Positions 27,358 through 38,521 of a stretch of DNA of 64,000 nucleotides are shown piece after piece. Under the pieces are notes generated by a model. That model was given only the letters and a program-made list of their open reading frames with translations. It made no database searches and was not told where the DNA came from. The stretch spans positions 9,673,839-9,737,838 of the forward strand of contig OZ316893.1 in the NCBI GenBank assembly GCA_973895155.1, written 5' to 3'. Every line of letters begins with the position of its first letter. The first letter of the stretch is position 1. Both the position numbers and the translations under genes were made by a program. The stretch is from Marsupella aquatica. Its lineage: Eukaryota > Plantae > Marchantiophyta.

Positions 27358-28504
27358 TAAGCCAAAACAAAACCAGCACAATTGGGTTAACACCAACCCA
27401 TAACCCGATTCACATGGCTTCTAAAAATTAGGGGGTTTGTTGGGGCTGGTGGGGTGGTGCATCAAGGTTTTGGGGTTATGGAGGGTGGCATATATGGGGA
27501 AGACCCTCAAAGAACACTTAAACGATCGGAAAATTTAAAAATTCAAATTTTTGAAATTTTGCGAAGGCGCCAGCTTCGCATTCATAAGGACAATTACGTT
27601 TGCGAAGTTGGTTGCGATGCGAACGTCTTTGCAACGCCTTCGCAAACGTAAGCAAAAAAAGGGCATAATAAGGTTTGCGAAGGATTTGCGAAGCTACCCG
27701 CATCGCAAATGTATCGCAAACTCTGTCATGGCAAAAACCCGAGAGGGAAGCAACTGTACGTGACCTAATCTGACACAACAAGTCTAATTGTAACTACTTG
27801 GTGGAAATGCAAGAAAGAGTTGGCTCATTGCAGGTGTGTTGGAATAGGAATTGGAGTAGCAAGAAGTCAAGGGAGGAGAGGGAGGTGCACTCACGGGTAT
27901 AGCCACCAAGACAGGAAACAGGAAAACAGGAATTCTGGTAGCAGTTTTTTTTTGTTGTTATCAGGAACATGTTGCTGTTACCAGGAAAAGTTAGTCATTG
28001 GAACAGGATAATACTTCATTACTTCAAGCCAGATACATCTGAAAAAAAACAATATTCATTGCGCTTCATTTACATTCTAGAGCTTAGAACCAACTAACAC
28101 GACAATAATTGTTGTCTGAACACCAACATACTTCTGGAAAATAGTGTCACGGGAAAAAACATTGACATGGTAGGTCCCACCATAAGGAACATAATATTAT
28201 ATGCCAACAATAAGGCAGAAACCACAAATGAAAACTCCAGACAATTTGAAACACCACCGGCGATGGGCTAGCGCCTGGCGCTAGCTAAAATGGAAACAAC
28301 CAACACATTTAGAAAATGACATTGGATAAATGCAGAATGTGGGAAACAAAAATTTAAAATATCATTTGTAGTGGTAGGATTACAATGAAGTAAATGGTAA
28401 TAAGGAAGACTTCCATCCCAACGCCAGGCGCTAAAACAAAACTATACCGTTGTAATACGATAAAATATATAACCGTTTCGAGTATCGGACAAATATATCC
28501 TTCT

Positions 28505-31500
28505 CTATAAACCATGAGCATTCTCCCTTTCCAAGATCAGTCGGACTTCTCCAACTGTGAGAATTGGTTGGCTGGTCAAAGTAGATTCCTCAACGTCTAG
28601 TTTGAAAACGTTCTTGAAAACCCAGTACAAATGTTTGCAAGGCATATATGGATGTCTACAAGAATGTCGACGATAGAAATCCTCACAAGAACAAGTCGGG
28701 AAAATACAAATCTGCACAAAGTAACTATTCGGCGTCCTTAGATTCTCATGTGTTTGTACTTTGAATTGCTTCCCCCATGAGTTCCCAATAGAAACATCCC
28801 ACTGTCCCTGGACGGACATGGTCTCTTTTCTTGCAGATTCAATCCTCTTCATGTGGCCATGGGTCAAGGTCGATCTAGGAACCGTGTTCTTTCCATTCCG
28901 ACTCCGGAGACGAACAGTGGGTTCCAGAAGATTGACTCTCTCTGGAAATAAGTTTACATTGATTCGAAGCTCGAAAAGTGATGGTGGAGGTAGAGGACCG
29001 TCTCTTCCTCGGGCTATAGGTATTCCCTGGTCAAAAAGATACTTCATCTCGGCTTCCGAAACATTTGTTCCTTTTATAACAGGAAGAACATCGGGAAAGG
29101 AGGGCAGGTTCACTACACCACGGCGGGGACGGCTCCGATAACATGTGTTGTTTGGGCAGAACCAAATCATTTCGGCTATGGGTTCCCCCCTGAACATGCG
29201 TTGTCCTTTGACAACAATGCCGATGACACCGTTTGATGAGGGGAACCCAACTTTCTTCACTCTATTTCGGCACTCATCTCTATTGGAACTACCGCCAAAT
29301 GACGCGTTGCACTGTGGAACGGCCCCAAATCTTGATGTCCGACGCAGATGCCATGAACCCTGCATGACTTTTGTTTCAAGAACTGGAGATTGGAGCGATG
29401 TCTGCTGAAGTACAGTGGGAGCGCTTTGTGGGTATTGTGTTGAACGTGATTGATGTCGACCTTGCGGTGTACTGAAATCATCACGTTCTACATCCCTCGA
29501 ATCATCACTTCTTGAGAGATTGACAACGGAAATGTCATCAGGTTTTTCTTTCGATACGGAAGCAAACATTGTGTGGTGCAGATTTTTACGCTTGAGTGAT
29601 CTGGTATTCGGCGATGTGATAAGGACTTTATCATGCCGGTGGGAGTCTTGTGGCGAGACAATCCCAGTTGCAGGTCCTTTCCTCTTGACAGACTTTGTTA
29701 GACCATCTCCGTTGAGAGGAACGCTTCTCTCCAAGTCAAACTCAGCTGCATTGGAGAGGAGCATGTTCATCGCATCCTCGAATAGCTTTGGGGAACCTGC
29801 CTGGTCAGCTGAACGGAAAGCCAGTTCCCATATTGTAGGACCTCTTCCTCTACTCAATCCTTTCCGATATGCGGTATAGGCTGCAACCTGAGATATAGCT
29901 CGATTCTGATCCATTTCACATGCCTCGAAGAGCCCCACTTTTTTTTTCATTACCCATGCTTTCATTCCTGCGTGAACAGACTCTGATCCGGTACAGTTAG
30001 GAATCCTAGCGCCTTCTTCAGCACTTTTGTCCTGGAATGGCAAAGCATAAACACTAGTAAGAATCCGCGAAACATACTAGCGCCAGGCGCTAGGCAGAAC
30101 ATTTCGACAAAATCATCAATATTATTGTGTAATCACATGTTTATGAAAATAAACAGGTCAATATTTGAGATTCAATGACATTATTTGGATTCTTTGGATG
30201 GAATGTTGAGGAATGTCATCTCAAAAATGTACTTCCACAAAGGAATCTGACTTGCATATTACTAGCGCCAGGCGCTATTACCTACCAAGCGAATAAAATT
30301 TCCCCACTGCCTCCAACGCACGACCCACCACGATATCCAACTCTGAAGCATGCGGAGCTTCCCAGGTAAGCAGTTACCCGATTGCCACCATAGGTCAATC
30401 TCTCTTGAAAGTCGGTAAGCCTCTACAAATGTCGGTGCGTTCCGTAATTTATCCCATAGCATTCGATGTTCCGCCTGCTTCTCTTCCAACACTCCTTCAA
30501 CAGAATGGCGATGAAAAGCTTGGTAAAAATGAAAAGCGTCTGTCCTCTCCCGTTCAGGGTTTGGGTGCCCTCCAAAAAAAACATTTTGGACTGCTAACCA
30601 TCCGGCTTGGGCATTGTCTGCCATGAAGCCATGAATGATTGGATTATCTAACCCATTCTCTTTGGAAACCTCAATCATCAATCTCCAAGCCTTCTCGAAC
30701 GACGCCGTGTCCTCAGCTTTTAGCTCGCAAGTAAATATTGTACACAATGCGCGGTAATTATGATCGTAAACATGTGCGCTGAAAGTGACCCAATCCTTGG
30801 TCATTCGTTTCATGACATCGAAGCTTACCCAGGCACCTTCAAGCATCCCTCCAGGTTGCATTTGCCGCAAAAGATCCACCCCAGACCCATGGCCTTTGGA
30901 AGTCATCTTGAATATGTGAGGCTTGTCTTCTTGAGACCCTTGACCTGGAAGGATGTACCTCTGCAGAAAAGGCATGTTGATATTCTTTTGATACCGAACG
31001 AGAAAATCCAACTCTCCACGGCCTTTCTGGTCCTGCCTCACACTCCTGAAAAGAGATGCAAACTTCTATGGAGTAGAAACTACCATTAGAGACTGGAAAA
31101 TCTCCGTCTCTTCAATATCTTCAATCTCACCCAGGCTCTCACACAAAGACTGTACAAAAGATCCTGTAGCTACATTTTTAATCCCGATAGGCGTCCAAGT
31201 AGGATTGCCTTCCAATTTCTTTTTAATGACATCTTCAACTACCTTTTCCGCACTTCGGGAAAATACCTTACGACAAGGATGGTTGTGGGTGCCCACATGA
31301 ATCGCAAGGCGAGACATGTGACTACAGGTATCTGAGTCAAGCAGAACTTGAGGATACATATAAAACAGTCTTGCAGAGCATGCCTCTACACAAAAAGGGA
31401 GCTGTTGGCAATAATGACAAACAACTCCACCCTGGTCAATAAATGATCCAACACGGTGAGAGCCTCCAAGTTTTGGGGTACCAGCCCATGCCTTTGCATT

Positions 31501-32271
31501 CCTCCTCTTCTTTCGGCGGAAGTAGTCACAAGTTTTATTCCTGCACTCAATAAATCCAGTACAAGTGACTTTACCAAATTCCCAGTATTTTTTGGGCTGC
31601 ACGTTTGCAGTGGTAGGAAATATTCTTGTCCAGATGTAGCAATCCTTGGTTCGGTCCATGTCCCGTAGACAGGATCCTTTTGAAAGAATTCCCGACGACG
31701 GAGGCAACTCAAACACAACGTCTCCATTGTACTTCGGAGGCAAACAAGGTGCTTGTTCATGCTGGAAGTTTCCAGCCGAAATGAACCTCGAAAGTTTGCT
31801 GGACCCAGTTGACTTGAGCAGCGCGTCCATTGCACTTCTCCGGTATACAATATGGGATTGCGACGATGGCATCTCCTCTTTGACCAAGACAACGTCAGGC
31901 GCCAAAGGCTCCACAAAGGGGATCCTTGGTGTCTACTCATCATCACTATCAGAAAGAGCAACTACATCCATGGGATCCCTCTGAGGGGATTGCCGGTCTC
32001 CTTCATTTGGTTCCCAAACGACAATGGAGTAGCACAACCCAGCATTAAGGTGCCAAAATCTCACGCCTTCATCGACATCAAAAATTGCGACAAATTCAAA
32101 GTCATTGGCTTCCGTTCCCTCCTGAACAATTGCCTCTATGTCATTCATGCGCAAATCAAACCTTCCACAAAGATAAACCTTACTTATTTGCCTGTACCTT
32201 TCGTCCACAGACACTGGAATGGAAACGATGTCACCGGTGGACATACGTGTAACTACGATTGACTGAGACAT
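28505..32271 (-). pseudogene. MULE transposase, ~1170 aa: GCM-like DNA-binding domain, DDE core, C-terminal SWIM zinc finger
   Basis: ORFs 31933-32325, 31066-31914 and 30262-31041 share one frame, separated by single TAG stops. A GT-AG intron (30285-30032) joins them to 28505-30031. Motifs: DCYIW..CTGFIECRNKTC..CHYC..C..HVGTHNHP; SFDVMK, FMADNAQA, ESVH; CSCEDF..CKHLYW. Confidence 0.85.
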
Positions 32272-32502
32272 CACAAAAGCCTCGGAAGCAAATGAGCGCT
32301 GGAAAATTATGAATCGAAATGCCACCGACGAGGGCTGTTATCGATCCTGACTAACAGTTCCCTAAAGCCGTTATAATAAGACAATCCTCTGACACCATAA
32401 ATGTATTTTGTCGTTATATCAACGTCATTTACGATCAACGTCATTTAACAATAAACGTCATTTAGGAAGAACCATATTGTTCTAGAAATATCAAATGATG
32501 AA

Positions 32503-32955
32503 TAGCGCCAGGCGCTATTAAAAACAATACAAAAGTAGAGGCTCATGCAGAGTCAATTTATGTGTAGCGCCTGGCGCTATTAATAACAATCCAAAAGTTT
32601 AGGGCCCGTCTAACGTAAATTTATGTGTAGCGCCAGACGCTAATAAAAGAAAATGACATAAAACTAATTCCTAAAGGAGACACTGGATGATTAGCGCCAG
32701 GCGCTAATATTGATATCATTAATATTATGAAATTCTAAAATGGTAAAAAGTAGGAGCAGGAGCCTTCAAAAGGCTGAAAAGGATTTGTTTTTTGCTAGCG
32801 CCGGGCGCTAGTTTTCTTTTGTATCAGAAATATGATAAAATCAGATTTAGGGGAAGTAATGGAGTATTAAAGACTCTTATGGCTCTATATTGAATTCCCA
32901 ACTGACATTAAAATTGAAGATTTTAGGCCTTGGAAATTACTAGCGTCGGGCGCTA
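32503..32955. promoter_or_regulatory. Cluster of six TAGCGCCNGGCGCTA palindromes in the divergent intergenic region
   Basis: Copies start at 32503, 32565, 32628, 32692, 32796 and 32941. The regulatory role is inferred. Confidence 0.7.
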
Positions 32956-33271
32956 CTATTTGGTGAGTAAAAATGAATTCGATATATTCTCAGGTTTTCC
33001 TTTCAACGGTCATATTCAATGGTAACTATAGGTTGCGTGACCCTCAATACATCGATCCCCTTATGTGTTGTCGCATAAGATAATGACATGTGTCATAGAT
33101 CCAGGCCATGAGTTCAGTTTCCTTAGCGTATATGTCATGCTCTGTGCTCTAGATTCTTCTTATTTCCCATGTTAAGTACAGTACGATCAAAGCTGTGTGA
33201 CGGGTTTTTGCCGTTCGCGGTACGGAAAGAGCACGGTGGTCATCACTACTTCCTTTGCCCTTGTGCGAGCA

Positions 33272-33894
33272 ATGGACCCTGCCTTTTCCTCCTCTCAATG
33301 CTTTAGTGGAAACGGGCACAGAGAGGTCGTTCCCTCGCAAACATCTGAGTGCTCATTTTCAGGATCTGTGTATAGTCATCGAGTGACTCGATCCGCTGCT
33401 TCGCGAGATCCTGCAGCACAACCCGCTGTATCGTTCCCGAATAGCAAGAGAGGGAAGATGGATGATTCTGATTCGTTTGCTATGGAGGACTTTGGAGAGA
33501 CGTCGCTGACTGTTTATGATGTGATCTCCAAACACATTATGTCGTTTGGAAAAGATTTTCGAGGACATGACAAGGATCCGCCAAGGATTCCAATGTGCCG
33601 ACTACTCCATATGGAAGTAGTGCGGACCTTACAGAAGGGAAGTCCTTCGATAGAGAAGCTGAAAGACTCCTTTGAGAGCACAGGATACAATTCGAAGATC
33701 GGCATGCTGTTTTACGTCCAACCAACAGATTCCAATGGAGAAGTTCAGATTTGCACGCCAGAGATCCGTGCTTCCTGGGATGCAATTTGGGTCGCAGAGA
33801 ACGAAAAGATGAGGCGGAATGTGCTGCCGACCCTGACTTCTCCGTCCTGCAGGATAAGATGTTTTATGTGTTTGATGGAAACCATCGACTCTAC
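33272..33894 (+). pseudogene. MULE accessory gene, 5' part: ParB/Srx-like domain (interrupted by the Gypsy)
   Basis: ATG at 33272 and a 1-nt frameshift near 33810. ...KMFYVFDGNHRLY joins AWSIV... after removal of the Gypsy and one TSD. Confidence 0.75.
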
Positions 33895-36800
33895 TGTGGT
33901 GCGTCCCATGGCTCCCTAAACCCAAGAAACCCCCCAGCTCAAGCCGATTCCCGCAGGTTTCGTGCTTGGCGAGGCCGTTTCCGCGGCTTAGTGGCATGGG
34001 ACGCTGCTAACCTTCTACTACTACTATTAACATTTTACACACATATACTGGACAGATCCTTCATCGGGTCATGAGATACGTAGCCGGCCTAATATAGGCC
34101 TTCCCCTGTCTTCCCCTGTCTTCTTGTTAGGTATGTTTGGATTCCGCCGCCGGAATGATCCCCAATAGGCTTGGTTAAGCCGCTAAGACCTCTCTCAGCT
34201 CGACACATCCAACTCTCACTCCCCTGCTTACTTTCCTTCCTTCTGTTGATGTGGGCACTCTTCACACAAGTTAATGCGACACACAAATAGCAAAATGACT
34301 CATTCTGACTGAGTCATACCATGCACTTGCCATACAAACAGTACATCTCATACACAAGTTCTGCGAACTAAGCCGTGAGGCCAACTCTATTCAGCTCTTA
34401 GGCATGAGGAAACATGAATATACACAAGGGTCACTGTATGACTAACCGAGAGCTTCTCGTACTACTTGATCCCAGCCCGGCTGGTGCAAACTAAAAACTT
34501 GCTAAAGAAGAGGCCCTGAGCTCCCCGCTGCCCAGGTACTTATCCTGGTAGTGGATCCGCCATTCTTTGCATCGTAAGCCTAATCTACTTAACAGTAATC
34601 TACTTGCCCGAATCTACCTATGTACAGCAAGGCAGGAGCACAAGTGTTGCTCCTACCAGTGGGACCGCAATCCCACTAAGCTAAGTGTCAGGGCCGCTCC
34701 TGGTTCTGATCCTAATCCTAAACGTGGAGATCCTCGCCCGCCCTGCCCACTCACGCCTCCTCCCTCCACGTCCGCCCTCCCTAAAAGGAACGGCGCCCTT
34801 GCACCGTCACGACACCGGTGGTGGATCCTTAATGGACGCCCCCAACGCTTCCTCCTCAGCCACTGCCGTAGGTTCATTCTCTGACAGATTACCTGCCCTT
34901 GACTGAGTCAACTCTCCATCGGCCTGACTGGGTCCACCTTCGGCTTCAGTCTCGACACCGGCCTCGGCAATACCCACGGCTTTGGCCTCAGTCACTCCCT
35001 CGGCTTCGGCCTCTCCTTTCCCTAGGGTAGTTGGATCCCTAGCCGTGACCCTGTCTGGGGTCGGTGCTGGGTCTACCTCCTTGATCACCACGGCCTGTGA
35101 AGTCGTATTACTCCTTGACCCTGAAGGTTTCCGCTTCTTCTTCGTTGGTGGCTCGGCAGCTGGTCCCTTCCCCTTCCCACTTACTTCCGGCACTGGTGCA
35201 GGTGGCGCGGCTTGTCCTTCGGCAATTACCACCCCTGGTAACTGGTTTGTCCCAACGGGAGATGGACCTGCTGCAGCTAAGCATTTAAATACTGCGGCTT
35301 GTTTCTTTAGCCGCTCTGTTTGGTTGTCGGCCCGCCGTTGTAGGTTCTCCATCTTCCTCGTGATTTCCTCCAACTCCTCTTGGGTTTCATCCAGGTCCTT
35401 ACGTGCCCCCTCCAGCTTGTTTTTGGCCTCCTCCTGCTCCCTGTGGGCTTCCTCCAATTCCTTCTTCAAGGTAGCCCTCTCCTCCTGGATTGCTCTTAGC
35501 TCCTTGTCGAGCTCTGCAATGATGACAGACTCCATCTGGTTCATCTTGGCGTAAGTCTGTTCGAGCATCTCGTCCTTCTCCCTTAGGTCGGCCTTGAAGC
35601 TGGCCGTCAGGGACGCAAGCTCCTGCTGCAGCGCCATAATCCCTTGATAGGATTTCCCTAACTCGACCTCCTTCTGCTCAAGGGCTCCGCGGATTTTCTC
35701 GAGCTCCCCTTTCAACGCCCATTCCTTTCTTTGGGTCTCCGCCATGGCCCGGCTGTTGGCTGTTATGTGGGCCTCCTCTGTATTCTTCAGCTCTTGCTTC
35801 CACTTCTCCCTCTCTTTGATCGTGTCGGCCAACTCTTCCTGCGTCTGAGTCAGTTTATCCTTGATATTCTGATTATCAGCCTGCGCGGTGTCCAACTGCC
35901 CTTGCATGATGTTCAGCTCATGTCGTTTAATCCGCAGTTCATCTTGGGCTTTCTTGGCCGCCCTTAGATCTTCAATCTCGGCTTCCATCCTCCTAAGCCG
36001 TCGAATGACCTCGTCCTTCTTGCTTCTCTCTAAGGCCACCGCTTCTTCTAATTGGTGCTTCTCCAACTGCTCCCTATGGAAAAAGGGTCCTACCTCCAAC
36101 TCCTCTCCAAAGATGCCGAGCGCAAGTTCCCCACACATCTCACCATACTCCATGGCTCTATTCTTAGCGTAGGTGGAGTAAGTAGAAGTGATCGGCATCG
36201 CCCATCGTGGCCTCTGCTCCCAAGCCGTCCTGCGGATCTCTTCAATCGTGGCTAGAGGTTTGCTTCCTTTTTCGGCTAGCCGCCTGATGTCCTCCGGCCA
36301 ATCTCCTCTTGGTAAATCCTTTTCCTTAGCCAGGGCGGCCTCTTCCTCCTGCTTGATTCGCTCCTGAAATTCCTGCACCGTCTGTTTTATGCCATCGAAG
36401 CTCGGGGGAGCAACATCTGGTGGGGGAGACTCAAGGCTACTCTGCTGGTTGGGGTCCCCTCGCACTACCCTTGGAAGTGTGGGGACAAACCGGCCACAGG
36501 TCCTTACTCCTGGAACGTGATGGTCCGACCCATAGCCGGAATTATCATGGCTGCAGTCCTCCACTGCCTCCTCTACCTCTTGGACGTCCGGCTTCTCCCT
36601 CTCCTCTTCGTCAGTAGGAGCTTCAGGCAATTCTGCCTCAGATTCGGAGCTTGAGGTTCCCACGTACATTCGAACACCTGGCTTGGATTCCGGCCTGATT
36701 CTCTCCTTGTCTCCAGCAAAGGGGTTTTCTCTTGTGAGCCGGTGTAGGCCTACCTCTGTAGTAGTGTCCTGCATTGTTGCCGTTGCCGTTGTTGTTGCCG

Positions 36801-38521
36801 ATGCCGATTTCTTTTCTTTCTCCAGTAGTTTCAGCAGACTCTGCATGCCTGGTTGCTGCATCGGCAAGTCTTCCTTCCTGGGCCTAAACACCTGCTCGAT
36901 CGTAGGACTAACAGGTGGTTGAGGCTTCTCAGCCAACGGCCTCGGCGTTGGAGCTTCCTCGGGTGCCCTTACCTGCAGGGGAAGTACCGGGGCAAAAGTC
37001 TGACCTCTGGCATACCGGCACAACAGCGGCATGTGATAGCCAAGCCGCGACACGCTCCCCATGCCGATTACCTGCTGCTCCTCCTTTAAGATCTTCTTCA
37101 ATTGGTTGAGGAGGTACCCGTTGTAGTCCCGGCTTGGGTCTGGCCTTTCTGCCAGATAGACCTGTGCCTTGCCGATCTTTGCCCTCGGCAAGTTACAATG
37201 CATGGTCACCCGCAAGAAGTCGATCATCTCTCCTATGTGCGGGTTGGTGCAGGTGTTCCGGAAGAAGCCATTCTTCGTTGATGGCCCGGGGAACGACCGG
37301 AACTCCTTGTCAGGCAAGGTCTTCCTGGTATCAACTTTGGTCTTATTGCCTATCGGCAAGCCAAACACTTCGGCAATTACCTTGGGAGTAAGATAGAAAT
37401 CGTTCCCATATATCCTCGTGCAATTGGTCTCGGGTTCCCATGACCCCACGAATTCTAATAGGTCTGACTCCGGTACCTCCGGCTTCAGCCATGGTAATCT
37501 TACAAAGGCCTCCAAGCCGGATCCGGCCATGAAGCCTTGGTACTTCTTGGTCTGCATGGCCGTAAAGCATGCATCCTCCTCCCGTGCAAAATGTAGTTGC
37601 ACCTCCACCGGTAGGGTTGCCGCCCAGCCCTTCCAGGTGTCATCCCTGGTTGGAATGGCCTTGATGGGATCGACCTCCTCCTCTTCGGCTTCTCCCTGCC
37701 TCCTGCTCTGCTGCTCGGCTGGCCTCTTTGGTGCCGCCGACCTCGTTCTTTTTGCCGGGGTGGCTTCATCGTTGACGGCTCCCTTCCTCTTCATCTCTGC
37801 TGCCGTGGAGGTTTCTCCTAGCACCGTTGCCTGGGTCCACCTTTCCGTGCTACCCTTTAATTCCCAGTGTATGTCATTGCAGTTCTTGATGGCCTCTCGG
37901 ATGCCGACGACGCTGTCTTTGCAAAACAGAAGATCGTCGAGTTGATTGGAAGTAGGCGTCCACAGGAACTCGTCCTTGATGAGTTCGCCTCCTAAGAAAG
38001 CCGTCTTCTGCAGCTCCCACAATCGAGCGAGCTCCTGCCATTCTCGAGCTGCCCTTTCTGACTCCTCGTCCTCGTAAGTCTTGATGTACTCAGTTGCCCG
38101 TTCGAACAGGCATCCCCAAAAATGTGCCGCTTGATTGACGTTGCTCATACCCTCCTTAGGTCGATCGTCGATATCTACTCTCTCCCCGAGTGCTTGCCTA
38201 AGCAGTTGACAGTAGTTGGCCTCCCGTAGTCGTCTGCCTAGTTCGTGCTCGCAAATGAGCCACCATCTCCTGCAAGCGCTCCTTACCCCTCTCCTCTGCC
38301 GGTCCTTCTTCCCGTTGATCCTTCCTAGCCGCCGACGCTTAACGCGCCCTAACCCTAATCGGGTTTTCACCCTCAGCCTTACCTCCGGCCTCTGCCCGGG
38401 TTCCATGGTTGCCCCTAATTGTTTATATTTTCCTTGTTTTGTCACTATACTACGGTGTTCCTAGGGTGCCTTCCTGCTTTACCCACTTAACCGGCCGAGT
38501 GATTCCTGTCTAGGCATCACA
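33895..38521 (-). repeat. 3' LTR (4627 bp)
   Basis: Near-identical to 44722-49348. Minus strand reads TGTGATGC...GCACCACA. Confidence 0.95.
34807..38445 (-). CDS. LTR-encoded 1212-aa protein, plant-mobile-domain (PMD)-like region plus long coiled coil (3' LTR copy)
   Basis: Intact ORF. EFVGSWEPETN...LTPKVIAEVFGLP resembles the PMD consensus ERWRPET...TL.DVA.ILGLP. E/K/Q-rich heptad region in the C-terminal third. Confidence 0.8.
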   Translation of the reverse strand: MTKQGKYKQLGATMEPGQRPEVRLRVKTRLGLGRVKRRRLGRINGKKDRQRRGVRSACRRWWLICEHELGRRLREANYCQLLRQALGERVDIDDRPKEGMSNVNQAAHFWGCLFERATEYIKTYEDEESERAAREWQELARLWELQKTAFLGGELIKDEFLWTPTSNQLDDLLFCKDSVVGIREAIKNCNDIHWELKGSTERWTQATVLGETSTAAEMKRKGAVNDEATPAKRTRSAAPKRPAEQQSRRQGEAEEEEVDPIKAIPTRDDTWKGWAATLPVEVQLHFAREEDACFTAMQTKKYQGFMAGSGLEAFVRLPWLKPEVPESDLLEFVGSWEPETNCTRIYGNDFYLTPKVIAEVFGLPIGNKTKVDTRKTLPDKEFRSFPGPSTKNGFFRNTCTNPHIGEMIDFLRVTMHCNLPRAKIGKAQVYLAERPDPSRDYNGYLLNQLKKILKEEQQVIGMGSVSRLGYHMPLLCRYARGQTFAPVLPLQVRAPEEAPTPRPLAEKPQPPVSPTIEQVFRPRKEDLPMQQPGMQSLLKLLEKEKKSASATTTATATMQDTTTEVGLHRLTRENPFAGDKERIRPESKPGVRMYVGTSSSESEAELPEAPTDEEEREKPDVQEVEEAVEDCSHDNSGYGSDHHVPGVRTCGRFVPTLPRVVRGDPNQQSSLESPPPDVAPPSFDGIKQTVQEFQERIKQEEEAALAKEKDLPRGDWPEDIRRLAEKGSKPLATIEEIRRTAWEQRPRWAMPITSTYSTYAKNRAMEYGEMCGELALGIFGEELEVGPFFHREQLEKHQLEEAVALERSKKDEVIRRLRRMEAEIEDLRAAKKAQDELRIKRHELNIMQGQLDTAQADNQNIKDKLTQTQEELADTIKEREKWKQELKNTEEAHITANSRAMAETQRKEWALKGELEKIRGALEQKEVELGKSYQGIMALQQELASLTASFKADLREKDEMLEQTYAKMNQMESVIIAELDKELRAIQEERATLKKELEEAHREQEEAKNKLEGARKDLDETQEELEEITRKMENLQRRADNQTERLKKQAAVFKCLAAAGPSPVGTNQLPGVVIAEGQAAPPAPVPEVSGKGKGPAAEPPTKKKRKPSGSRSNTTSQAVVIKEVDPAPTPDRVTARDPTTLGKGEAEAEGVTEAKAVGIAEAGVETEAEGGPSQADGELTQSRAGNLSENEPTAVAEEEALGASIKDPPPVS

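Noticed and set aside
32503-32706. CRISPR-like array (palindromic repeat with regular unique spacers)
   Set aside because: The repeat is only 15 bp and also occurs singly in introns. There are no cas genes, and the context is a spliceosomal-intron-containing eukaryotic transposon.
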